Positions 19,229-28,303 of a stretch of DNA of 64,000 nt are shown piece by piece (position 1 is the first letter of the stretch; every line of letters starts with the position of its first letter). The position numbers and the translations under genes are program-made. Source of the DNA: Candidatus Bathyarchaeota archaeon (GTDB taxonomy: Archaea; Thermoproteota; Bathyarchaeia; Bathyarchaeales; Bathyarchaeaceae); contig JARRLY010000006.1 of NCBI GenBank assembly GCA_037386545.1, forward strand, positions 24,773 through 88,772, read 5' to 3'. The notes below the pieces were generated by a model. The model was not told where the DNA came from. It searched no databases and saw only the letters and a program-made list of their open reading frames with translations.

Positions 19229-19744
19229 GTGGTGCTTGGACGTTTCGATAGTTTCCCAAAAAACATTCACAAGGCAACAGTCTTCAATTACCAGGAACCA
19301 AAAACCAAACTTCAGCAAACAGTTCTTTGTGCCCTGCAGCGATTGAACAAGCAAACATTTACTCTAAACAGCATAATTCCTTTTTTTGAACAAGACTACA
19401 AAGTTAGTTTTGAGTTTGGAATAGCAGATGGATCAGATTTCATCTTTTTAGACGAAAAAGAACTTGAAAAAGATCTGAAAGCTCTTGACGAAAACGAGTT
19501 TGAAGTTTTAGATTTCTTTGTGGTTGTACGTTATCATAGAAGCAGTGATAAAGAAAAACAGATTCCTTTACGTTTTGATTACCATGTGTTGCGGTTCGCC
19601 TTTCACGAAAAAATTGTAGAGTTACTAATACGCCATGAGCGAGGAACACAACGAATCGCCACAGAAGATTTAGTTGAATTTTTAACCAAACAAGTAAACA
19701 TAGAACTCAAAAAAAGACAACTACTATTTTTAATTGCAGATTAA
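19229..19744 (+). CDS. Hypothetical protein
   Basis: ORF with coding-like composition. No family recognised. Confidence 0.4.
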   Translation: MVLGRFDSFPKNIHKATVFNYQEPKTKLQQTVLCALQRLNKQTFTLNSIIPFFEQDYKVSFEFGIADGSDFIFLDEKELEKDLKALDENEFEVLDFFVVVRYHRSSDKEKQIPLRFDYHVLRFAFHEKIVELLIRHERGTQRIATEDLVEFLTKQVNIELKKRQLLFLIAD

Positions 19745-19764
19745 TTTGTGCAAAAGCTTTGTTT

Positions 19765-20598
19765 TTAGGCAGATATATTTTTTTCATAATTTTTCAGTGC
19801 TTGAATTTCTTTTTGTCTAAAAGCATTTAGTCGTAAAATTAATTCGTCAAAATCAACAATTCTGCCGTCAAATTCTGGACCATCTACACATGCAAACTTA
19901 GTATTGTCACCCACAGTTATTCGGCAAGCTCCGCACATTCCGCAACCATCCACCATTATGCAGTTTAAGCTCACAACGGATTTTATTTCATAATTTTTTG
20001 CCAAGTCAACAACGGCTTTCATCATCAAAGGGGGACCAATGGCGTAAACTAAATCAAAATCATAGTGGTTTTCAATCAAATACTTCAACACATCGCTGAC
20101 TACGCCTTTGTGTCCTTTTGTGCCATCATCAGTAGAAATGTAAAGTTCATCGCTGTATTGTTTTATTTTGTTTTCAAAAATTAGCTGTTGTTGGGTTTGG
20201 GCACCAATAATCGAAATTATTCGATTACCTGCTTTCTTGAGAGCTTTAATAATATTGTAAGATGTTGCTACGCCAACTCCTCCACATACAACAGCCACAG
20301 TACCATAGTTTTTGATAACACTAGGAATACCCAAAGGACCCGAAACATCAAGGATTTTATCTCCAACTTTAAGTGCTCCAAGCAGTTTTGTTGTCAATCC
20401 AATTTCATCAAACACAAGGGTTATTGTTCCTTTATCGCGGTTCCAATCTGCAATAGTTAAAGGAATGCGTTCACCTTTTTTGCGTACTCGAAGGATCACA
20501 AACTGTCCGGGTTTTGATTTTCTTGCAATTAAGGGTACTTTGATTTCTAGCTGTTTGATTTTTATAGCAAGTTGGTTTTTCTTGATTATTTCGTACAT
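19765..20598 (-). CDS. FAD/NAD-binding 2Fe-2S oxidoreductase subunit (NfnA/SudB/PyrK-like)
   Basis: FNR-like 'KPGQFV.LR' and 'RIPLTIAD'. C-terminal 'CGMCGACR....CVDGPEF' 2Fe-2S motif. Confidence 0.8.
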   Translation of the reverse strand: MYEIIKKNQLAIKIKQLEIKVPLIARKSKPGQFVILRVRKKGERIPLTIADWNRDKGTITLVFDEIGLTTKLLGALKVGDKILDVSGPLGIPSVIKNYGTVAVVCGGVGVATSYNIIKALKKAGNRIISIIGAQTQQQLIFENKIKQYSDELYISTDDGTKGHKGVVSDVLKYLIENHYDFDLVYAIGPPLMMKAVVDLAKNYEIKSVVSLNCIMVDGCGMCGACRITVGDNTKFACVDGPEFDGRIVDFDELILRLNAFRQKEIQALKNYEKNISA

Positions 20599-20821
20599 GG
20601 TAGTTACACTTGAAAGTCAAAAACAACTAAGCATTAACAAATTAAATAGCCATTGTTTTGCGGTTTATAAAAACTGTAAACTATATAAAGCAATAAGTTA
20701 CTAGAAGGTAATAATGATTGCCCATAGTTTGTTTTCTTCAGATTTCCAGCCCAACAGGTTAACTACAAACAAAGAAACTAGACCACAAAAGGAACTACCC
20801 AACAATGAAGCATATTGTTCT

Positions 20822-21292
20822 ATGATTGATTCTGCAGATGGTTTCAAGGAAGTTTGGGAAATAGTCAAACAAACAGTTAAAACATTTTTAGGCAAAGAAC
20901 GACAAAGAATGTTGCTGTTTTTAGATGATTTGCCTCTTCATTTAGGTGCTTACCATCAATTGGGCACAAACAACATCGTTTTGAACAGAAGCTTACTCAA
21001 CATCGTAGAAACAGTAACAAAATCAAAAAAACTTGTCAACGCCTTTGTATACAGCATACTCACGCACGAATACCTGCACGCTCTTGGGCACGTTTCTGAG
21101 GTTGAAGTTCGATCCCTAGTTTACGACATTTCAAAGCACTGTTTTGGAAAAAAACACATAGTTACGTCCCTGGCAGAAAAGACGCCATGGTCTTTACTCA
21201 AGGGAATTCCGCTAAACGAAATAAAATTGTCCAAAAACCCTATGGAACTGATTAAAGATTTAGAAAAACCAAACCATTCTTACATCGTTTAA
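20822..21292 (+). CDS. Putative small metalloprotease-like protein
   Basis: 'THEYLHALGH' HExxH-type motif. Start moved to the internal ATG (MIDSADG...). Confidence 0.4.
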   Translation: MIDSADGFKEVWEIVKQTVKTFLGKERQRMLLFLDDLPLHLGAYHQLGTNNIVLNRSLLNIVETVTKSKKLVNAFVYSILTHEYLHALGHVSEVEVRSLVYDISKHCFGKKHIVTSLAEKTPWSLLKGIPLNEIKLSKNPMELIKDLEKPNHSYIV

Positions 21293-21891
21293 GAGTTTTT
21301 TCGCAGAAACTGGAGAACTAATCGTAAAATGTCATGTTCTACTTTGGATTTGCTTGCGTTCCCGTTAACTGCCACAAGTTTTCCATCATTTACGTACTTT
21401 TTGTAAACCTTCTGAACTTGTTTTTGAATATCTAGATGTTCCATAACAGATTTTTTTCTGCGTATCCGCTTCAAAACAATTTCGGGGGGCACATCAATAT
21501 ATACCGTTAAATCAGGCAAAAATGCCGAGCTATTAATTTGTTCAATCCAATCCAACTCAAGCCCAGCGGAACCCTGATACGCAAGAGATGAATAAACACA
21601 ACGGTCAGAAACAACAATTTTTCCTTTGTCTAGGGCCGGTTTGACGTCTTTTTCTAGATGCTCAATACGGTCAGCAGCAAAAAGGACAGCTTCTACAACT
21701 TTAGGAACACGTTTTTTTCCTTCGAGAATTGTTCGGCGTATGAAAGTTCCTAGTTCTCCGCGACTAGGCTCAGTAGTGTACACAGCGTCAAACCCGTGTT
21801 TTCGCAAATTTCTTACTAGCTTGTAAGTGTGTGTTGTTTTTCCGCTTCCGTCCAAGCCTTCAATGCAGATGAATGCTGATTTTGAGGTCAT
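21289..21891 (-). CDS. tmk: Thymidylate kinase
   Basis: P-loop 'IEGLDGSGKTT', 'SDRCVYSSLAYQ', and a lid region. Confidence 0.9.
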   Translation of the reverse strand: MTSKSAFICIEGLDGSGKTTHTYKLVRNLRKHGFDAVYTTEPSRGELGTFIRRTILEGKKRVPKVVEAVLFAADRIEHLEKDVKPALDKGKIVVSDRCVYSSLAYQGSAGLELDWIEQINSSAFLPDLTVYIDVPPEIVLKRIRRKKSVMEHLDIQKQVQKVYKKYVNDGKLVAVNGNASKSKVEHDILRLVLQFLRKNS

Positions 21892-22351
21892 TTTGTTTCA
21901 GCCTTAGTTTGTAATGATCAAGCAATAATATAATCTTGTTATAAAAAACAGTAAAAAGCATATGCAACCAAAAACAGGAAGAGAAAAAGTCTGCTGAGGC
22001 ATACATAGATTGAAGGCGAAAAAAAGAAAAAAATACAAAACCCCGCTATCTGCTAGTTTTGGGTAATTTTCATTTCTGTGCATGAGCCTTTTCATCTTTG
22101 TTTCTTTTTGAGGATGTGTAATGGTTCATGTTTACATAATAGTGGGTTATCAATTTCAATGTAAATTGTTTAGTAATTTTTACTTGCTTTTTATTCACTC
22201 CATAAGCTTTCTGATATATGAGTTGAAAAAATGAGTGTAAAACTATTTTTCAAAATTAGTTACAATTTGTTCCAAAATTCTTAGAATAGTAAACTGTATC
22301 TGAACAAAAAATTTGTAATTTAACGATTACCTTAAATAATGATGCGTCAAA

Positions 22352-23590
22352 TTGACAAAGTTAAGGAGAATATCTTTGGTGTTACGACATTGGGGTGAAA
22401 TAAAAGACCCCGTTCACGGGTACAGACAACTTGCAGGCTCAGAATTCGTATATTCAGGAGCAAACCACACACGCTTTGAGCACTGTTTAGGAGTTATGCA
22501 TCTTGCAGGTAAAGTTGCAGAAAACCAAAATTTAGCCCCCCTTATGTCCGAAGAAGAAATCCAAACTGTTAGAATGGCATGTCTTTTACATGATGTTGGT
22601 CATGGTCCATTTTCTCATGTGTTTGAGCATCTTCTTGTAAAGTTCTTAGGAAAAACTCATGAAGACATGACCAGATGGATAATCGAAGAATCAGAAGTCA
22701 AAGATATAATAAACGACACAGGATATAATTCCGACGACGTAGCGAAACTTGCAGTAGGAGAGCTACGCAAACCCAAAAAAGCCTTTTTAGATCAGATTAT
22801 TCAAAGTGCAGTAGACATTGATAAGCTTGATTTTGTTGTAAGGGACACCTTCCACACAGGAGCAGAATACGGTTATGTGGACATTTTCAGGCTAATTCAC
22901 ATGCTTGACGTTCTAGGCGAAAACCTCGCAGTTGATGTTGGCGCCCTTTCTGCCTTGGAATCTTTTGTATTAGCAAGATTAGAATCCTTCCGAAGCATAT
23001 ACTTCCACAGAGTTGGACGAGCTGCCCAAATAATGCTGGCCTCAGCCATGGAAGCAGCAAAGGATGAATTGAATTTGATTGTTTTTGATTCTCCACAAGA
23101 TTACCTTAAGTTAAACGATTACACTGTTTGGACAAAGCTGCTAGAGTGCGAAAAATCACGAAAAATAATGAAAAACCTAGAGCGGAGAAACCTTCTCAAA
23201 TGCGCCTATGACAGGTCCTTCCATGTTAAAGAAAAAATGGTAACCAGCGTTTTTGGGGTTGACGAAGTTCGAGAACAAGTAAGAAATAAGATTGCTGAAC
23301 AAGCAGGTATAAACCCGGAAGAAATCTACATTGACGTGCCCACTGTGCCTTCGGTGCCGTATCACCACTCTGATTTGCTTGAGCCCATGGAGATTCCAGT
23401 TTTCCAAAAAACCCGAAACGGAGAAAAAATCCCCCTGCGATTAAGTGACATCTCTCCAGTGTTTTATGTTTTGAAAGGATTCATAAACATTCTTCGAGTC
23501 TATACAGACAAAAAACACATTGACCAAGTAACTTTAGCTGCTTCAAAAGTTATCGGAGGAACACCATCCTCTGCAAAAATTTCGTTTTAA
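22352..23590 (+). CDS. HD-domain dNTP triphosphohydrolase-like protein (SAMHD1/COG1078 family), N-terminus atypical
   Basis: 'DPVHGY', 'GANHTRFEH.LGV' and 'LLHDVGHGPFSH'. TTG start. About 20 aa appear to be missing between DPVHGY and QLAG. Confidence 0.8.
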   Translation: MTKLRRISLVLRHWGEIKDPVHGYRQLAGSEFVYSGANHTRFEHCLGVMHLAGKVAENQNLAPLMSEEEIQTVRMACLLHDVGHGPFSHVFEHLLVKFLGKTHEDMTRWIIEESEVKDIINDTGYNSDDVAKLAVGELRKPKKAFLDQIIQSAVDIDKLDFVVRDTFHTGAEYGYVDIFRLIHMLDVLGENLAVDVGALSALESFVLARLESFRSIYFHRVGRAAQIMLASAMEAAKDELNLIVFDSPQDYLKLNDYTVWTKLLECEKSRKIMKNLERRNLLKCAYDRSFHVKEKMVTSVFGVDEVREQVRNKIAEQAGINPEEIYIDVPTVPSVPYHHSDLLEPMEIPVFQKTRNGEKIPLRLSDISPVFYVLKGFINILRVYTDKKHIDQVTLAASKVIGGTPSSAKISF

Positions 23591-23643
23591 CGTAGAAAAC
23601 TTAAAACGTGAGAACGTCATTCATGGTTGATGTTTCGGTTTTA

Positions 23644-23721
23644 GCTCCGATAGTATAGCCAGGTTAAGTATTTCGGCCTTTCGAGTCGAAGACCCGGGTT
23701 CGAATCCCGGTCGGAGCACCA
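23644..23721 (+). tRNA. tRNA-Glu (anticodon UUC), CCA encoded
   Basis: Acceptor GCTCCGA/TCGGAGC. Anticodon arm TCGGC-CTTTCGA-GTCGA. T arm CCGGG-TTCGAAT-CCCGG. Discriminator A followed by CCA. Confidence 0.9.
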
Positions 23722-23802
23722 ATAAAATATGTTTAGAACACTTGCGTGAACGTTTTCTTCTCGATGTGTGCAGTACAAAAAAATCCAGAAAAAAGGTTGT
23801 TT

Positions 23803-26541
23803 TCAAAATAATACTGCTATTAGTATACAATTACCTACGTGAACACCTAGATTTTTTACTAATGACTTTTTGAAGTTAAAAAAAGTTGAAGAAATGGGTT
23901 TGCTGAGGCTCAGGCACAGTTTTTGGAAAGGAAAGGAAAAATGAAAAAACCATGCTACTATCACTTGTGATTTTTCATTTTGTGCTTGAGCCTTTTCAGC
24001 CCCATTTCTTGGTTGGTTTCTCCCAAAAAAAGGAGGGAGAAAAGATGTTGGAGTATCAGGAGTATCTGGAGTATCAGGAGTGTCTGGAGTGTCAGGTTCA
24101 GGTTCAATTGGAGTTGCTGGAGTAGGTGCAGGATCAACAGCCACATGTGTTACAGCGGTTGAGCCATAGTATGCTTCAGACCCTTCAAAGGTTGCGAAGA
24201 TTTGGTATGTGCCTTCCAGTTCTGGTTTAAAGCTCAACGACCAGGTTCCATACATGTCGCTAGTTGTTCGGTCAATGTCCATATAGTTGCCGTTAGGATC
24301 AACTGCATATAGGACGATTTCAACACCGTTTACGTTTGGTTGTTCGAATTGTTTGTAAACATAGAGCATCCATTCGCTCATGTCTTCGTCAGCAACTGCA
24401 GGTACGCCATTGGGGAATCTTGTAGTCTTGGAGATGTCTTGTGTTCCTGGAGAAACATCCATCACAGTTCCAGTGACCAATACGCTGCTTCCTAGAGAAA
24501 CAACATTGTCCTGGATTTCAGCTGTTAGTTGGCTTGGACCTTTCCCTACTGCGTAGATGTTGTTGTCGTATGTGTCCATGGTTACCATTATGCTGTCGCC
24601 CATGATTCCACGTCCTCCCCATCGGGTTGAACGGAATAGACCTGGAGCTTTCCAGATTTCTTCTCCGGTTTGTGCATCAAGGCATATGAATGGTGCACCT
24701 CGTGGAATAGGTTCGATAGCAGAGTGTTCCATGTGACCTGAGTATAGTTTACCGTCAACTATCCAGAGGGTGAATTGCCACCAGTTGTTAGCGAACAAAT
24801 ATTCCTGATAGGGGTCGGTTGATTCATAGGTCCAAAGAACATCGCCGTTGTCAAGGTCATAACAGTAGACTATACCGCCTGCACCTGTAGAGTAAAGTTT
24901 TCCATCGTAAATCAGAGGGGGTCGTTCACCAAATTCTGTCCAGCCATAATAGTTCATGTAGTATTCTGATTCTGCTGGTCCCCACATGTATTCACCGTTG
25001 TCAGTGCTGAAAGCATAATATGCTAATTTGTCTTTAACCCAGAAAACTGCAGCGCCGTCTTCTAAACTGATTGCGTTGAACTCGATTTCAACCTGACCGT
25101 CTTCCCATTCAGCTGGGGCAGCCCAAGTTTCACTGAATAAAATGTCGCCTTCATCACCGTCTTCTAAGCTGATAGCCCAAGTGTTGATTTCTGTTCTGCT
25201 GTATTGTAGGCCGAAGATTTTGTCACCGAATGCAGTAGCACGAACTGCGCCACTACCACCTGGAGTTTGTTCAGTATCAACAGTGAATTCAGCTATGTAT
25301 GCACGTTGTGCATCTTCAGTTAATGTACCGTTTACATTCTCTGCTGCGTCCCAAACTCCACGTCTAGATCCATAGAATGAGCCTGCGGGAGCCCAGCTAC
25401 CTGGTGCGGGGCTGTTTGAGGCGAAGTCTGTGATTAGATCGGTTAAGCTCCATATGTATCCTTCACCTGTGTTATAGTTGACATTGACTAGATATAACCA
25501 GCCTTTTTCATCCATAACTCTGGTTCCACTGGGAACGTTCTCAACTGTATATTCTTGATTTCCTGTTAATGGATCAAAAGCAATCCAAGAACCGCCAGCA
25601 GACACATAGAAGTATGGGTAAATGGCGTGATGGTTGTATCCTGCCCACTGCATGTTCTGTGCAAAGGAAATAGTCCGAGCCCTACCGTCAACAATAATTT
25701 CTTTTTCCCACATCACTTCACCGGTGTGTATGTCCACAGCAGTGTATAGTAGGGGATTGTCGTTTGTTCGGTGTAGATAAATTAGTATTCCGTCGATAAT
25801 GATTCGGTTTGTCCATTTTCCTTCATAAGCATCTCCGTGACTGAAACCCCATCCAGGATATGCTTGATCAGCAATACCGCCCATTGTTAGCGCTTTTCTC
25901 CATAGAATGTGGGCAGTTTCGGGTGCATCTGCGTTGCCAGAAAGAACTGTGGGAGCAGTGAAACCTGCTTCTAGCCAACTTCCAGTAACAACACTCCATT
26001 CTCTAAGCTGAGAATCTATTGGACGAGTCCAATATTCTTGTGGAGTAGTGTGACCTGGATAATAGGGAGTAGGTTCTTCCTGGACAATAAGTTCAACTGT
26101 TTCACTGTGGCTTGCTAGCATCACTGTTCCGATTGGGATACGTGGTGCTGTTTTTTCTGCTGTTAGCACTTGTTCAGGGAAGTAAGTTGTAAGATAGTAC
26201 GTGCCTACTTGAGTTGGCAGGTATGTTCTTCCGGTTCCTCCAGTCGAGTCAGTTTTGATGTCTTCGATAGTATCAATAGTACCGTCAGGTTTCTCGATTT
26301 CTATATAGATACCTTCCCAGCCCATCAATGCTGATGACAGCTGCTGGAAGATACCAGTGTGCAATAGAATGTACTGGTTTACTCCTACGGGGTTAGGTAC
26401 TACTCCAAGAAACGGGTAAGTTACTTGAGTTCCAGGCTCTTGTGCTGTGGCAGATGGTATAGCCACAATCAAGGCTGAAATTGTAAGTAGTAGCACTAAA
26501 CTCATAGTGGAAATTTTAGTTTTTGATTCTAGTTTCATCAT
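23803..26541 (-). CDS. Secreted PQQ-like beta-propeller repeat protein with C-terminal Ig-like domain and a (PDT)n linker; 3' end uncertain
   Basis: Signal peptide 'LVLLLTISALIVAIPSATAQE'. Repeated 'D..TGE..W' / 'D.DNGDVLW' propeller motifs. 'PEPDTPDTPDTPDTPDTP' linker. The last ~90 codons are not protein-like. Confidence 0.75.
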   Translation of the reverse strand: MMKLESKTKISTMSLVLLLTISALIVAIPSATAQEPGTQVTYPFLGVVPNPVGVNQYILLHTGIFQQLSSALMGWEGIYIEIEKPDGTIDTIEDIKTDSTGGTGRTYLPTQVGTYYLTTYFPEQVLTAEKTAPRIPIGTVMLASHSETVELIVQEEPTPYYPGHTTPQEYWTRPIDSQLREWSVVTGSWLEAGFTAPTVLSGNADAPETAHILWRKALTMGGIADQAYPGWGFSHGDAYEGKWTNRIIIDGILIYLHRTNDNPLLYTAVDIHTGEVMWEKEIIVDGRARTISFAQNMQWAGYNHHAIYPYFYVSAGGSWIAFDPLTGNQEYTVENVPSGTRVMDEKGWLYLVNVNYNTGEGYIWSLTDLITDFASNSPAPGSWAPAGSFYGSRRGVWDAAENVNGTLTEDAQRAYIAEFTVDTEQTPGGSGAVRATAFGDKIFGLQYSRTEINTWAISLEDGDEGDILFSETWAAPAEWEDGQVEIEFNAISLEDGAAVFWVKDKLAYYAFSTDNGEYMWGPAESEYYMNYYGWTEFGERPPLIYDGKLYSTGAGGIVYCYDLDNGDVLWTYESTDPYQEYLFANNWWQFTLWIVDGKLYSGHMEHSAIEPIPRGAPFICLDAQTGEEIWKAPGLFRSTRWGGRGIMGDSIMVTMDTYDNNIYAVGKGPSQLTAEIQDNVVSLGSSVLVTGTVMDVSPGTQDISKTTRFPNGVPAVADEDMSEWMLYVYKQFEQPNVNGVEIVLYAVDPNGNYMDIDRTTSDMYGTWSLSFKPELEGTYQIFATFEGSEAYYGSTAVTHVAVDPAPTPATPIEPEPDTPDTPDTPDTPDTPTSFLPPFFGRNQPRNGAEKAQAQNEKSQVIVAWFFHFSFPFQKLCLSLSKPISSTFFNFKKSLVKNLGVHVGNCILIAVLF
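24050..24094 (-). repeat. Five tandem 9-bp repeats encoding (P-D-T)n
   Basis: GGAGTATCA/GGAGTATCT/GGAGTATCA/GGAGTGTCT/GGAGTGTCA on the plus strand. Confidence 0.9.
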
Positions 26542-27072
26542 TTTTTCCTTCCATAATATAAGCTACTTTTCAAGATTGAGCAATTAGGTTTTTAAGTTTT
26601 TTGTAAGAACGCGAACAAAACGTTGTATAAAATTCCAGAAAAGGGTAATATCAGGTTAGCTTGAATGAAGTTTTACGCAGGTATCAGTTTGATTTCTGGA
26701 AGGTGCATTGAATGCCTAATGAGGTACATCTTTTCCTACGCGGTTAGCATGATGTGGCGGTTAAAATGTGGTTAGTGACAAAAAAGCCAAAATTCAGCAT
26801 TAAGACAATCGATTTTGCTAAGGCATTTCCCAAAAAGAAGCACGATAGTGTCTTTAGATTTCTAGGAAAAAACAAATCCTTCAAAAAGTTTTGATGCTAC
26901 TAATATGATGCACATAACGGTAAACATTTTGAAGAGAATTTGTATTGTTTCAATTTTTGTTGTGTAATCCTAAAGGTTTTCCAGAACCTTTTTTTATATC
27001 CTTTTTGTTAGTTTGGAATCCTTAAACAGAATAGAAAGCCTTAATTTTAATGGCGTATCCCAAAAGCAGTAT

Positions 27073-27165
27073 GGGTCCGTAGCTTAGCAAGGAAGAGCAA
27101 CTTGCGCCTAAAGCACCGGGCTTTTAACCCGGGGGTCAGGGGTTCAATTCCCCTCGGACCCGCCA
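27073..27165 (+). tRNA. tRNA-Lys (anticodon UUU) carrying a ~16-nt insertion (putative non-canonical intron) near the D-arm/anticodon-stem junction; CCA encoded
   Basis: Acceptor GGGTCCG/CGGACCC. D arm GCTT-AGCAAGGAA-GAGC. Anticodon arm CCGGG-CTTTTAA-CCCGG. T arm AGGGG-TTCAATT-CCCCT. G then CCA. It is 93 nt where ~77 is expected, and the extra 'ACTTGCGCCTAAAGCA' lies at about 27099-27115. Confidence 0.8.
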
Positions 27166-27171
27166 TAATTC

Positions 27172-28167
27172 TTACAAATTCAGCAAATCAAATTCTTTGC
27201 CGACTTTTTCCTTTAAAGCATTCTGATATGCAATATTTGCTGTTGCGGCATCTTGTATGGCAAGCCCAGTGGATGTAAAAACTGTGATTTCTTCAGTTGA
27301 GGTTCTTCCTTGTTTTAGTCCTGCTACTATTTCGCAGATGTCACCCCAAATGTCCTCTTTTGTGATTAATCCTTTGGAAAGGGAGACATTGATTTCTCCG
27401 CCGTGGCTGCCTTGTTCCCAATCGTCTACCACGATTTTGGATTTTAACAAAATGTTGGGGTCTAACTCTTGCTTTCCTGGAGCATCTGCTCCAATGCAGT
27501 TTATGTGGGTTCCTTGATCTATCCATTCTGCTAAAACTAGGGGCTTACGGGAAGGTGTTGTGGTTACAATGATGTCTTTGTTTTGGGCTGCATTTTTGAT
27601 TTTATTGACAGATACGACATCCAATTTTGGATACTTTTGTTGCATTTCTTTAACATACTTTTCTACCGCTTTCGCGTTTATGTCCCACACTCTAACTTGC
27701 TTAATTGTATCAAATACTGTTTGAAGCCCAATCAATTGGGTTTTGGCTTGGGTTCCAGCACCGATCAACCCTATGGTTTTTGGGTTTGGGTTCGCAAGAT
27801 ACTTTGCTGCAACAGCTCCAGCAGCTCCCGTTCGCAGGGCAGTAATCCAGGTTCCGGCCATTATAGCTGAAGGTGCACCGGTTTTCGGGTCAATTAAAAT
27901 TATTGTTGCCATAACCGTAGGCAGTCCATGTTTTCGGTTTTCGCGGTGGGAATTTACAACTTTTACAGTTGCTACCTCTGTTTCTTCAAGGTAAGCAGGC
28001 ATGGTCCGCAAATCCCCCTTATATTTTTTCATAATAACATACTGTTTGGGGGGCATCTGGACATTGCCGTGTCCTTTCATTTTGAAAGCTGATTTTACAG
28101 CTTTGATTGTTTGTTTGAATGTAACTAGTTTTTTGATTTCTGCTTCAGACAAAAATAGAGTTTTCAC
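27172..28167 (-). CDS. Ornithine cyclodeaminase / mu-crystallin family protein (archaeal alanine dehydrogenase-like)
   Basis: Family-typical N-terminus and the Rossmann motif 'IGLIGAGTQA'. Confidence 0.8.
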   Translation of the reverse strand: MKTLFLSEAEIKKLVTFKQTIKAVKSAFKMKGHGNVQMPPKQYVIMKKYKGDLRTMPAYLEETEVATVKVVNSHRENRKHGLPTVMATIILIDPKTGAPSAIMAGTWITALRTGAAGAVAAKYLANPNPKTIGLIGAGTQAKTQLIGLQTVFDTIKQVRVWDINAKAVEKYVKEMQQKYPKLDVVSVNKIKNAAQNKDIIVTTTPSRKPLVLAEWIDQGTHINCIGADAPGKQELDPNILLKSKIVVDDWEQGSHGGEINVSLSKGLITKEDIWGDICEIVAGLKQGRTSTEEITVFTSTGLAIQDAATANIAYQNALKEKVGKEFDLLNL

Positions 28168-28303
28168 CGATTGATGTCCTCTAATAACGCGATTTTATCG
28201 TACAACCTTTAAGAGTTTTGCCGTACTTTTTGTTAACTTGGATATTCATTGCTTAAGACTTGAATACTAAAGCAAATTAACAAATTCAGGAGATTAAGGT
28301 TTC

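Noticed and set aside
23621-23830. A 69-aa minus-strand ORF overlapping tRNA-Glu.
   Set aside because: Its translation ('VLRPGFEPGSSTRKAE') is simply the reverse complement of the tRNA T-arm and acceptor region, so it is not a gene.
26542-27072. A 43-codon GTG-initiated basic ORF (VTKKPKFSIKTIDFAKAFPKKKHDSVFRFLGKNKSFKKF) in the spacer before tRNA-Lys.
   Set aside because: It is short and Lys-rich because of A-rich DNA. It has no motif and no clear start context.
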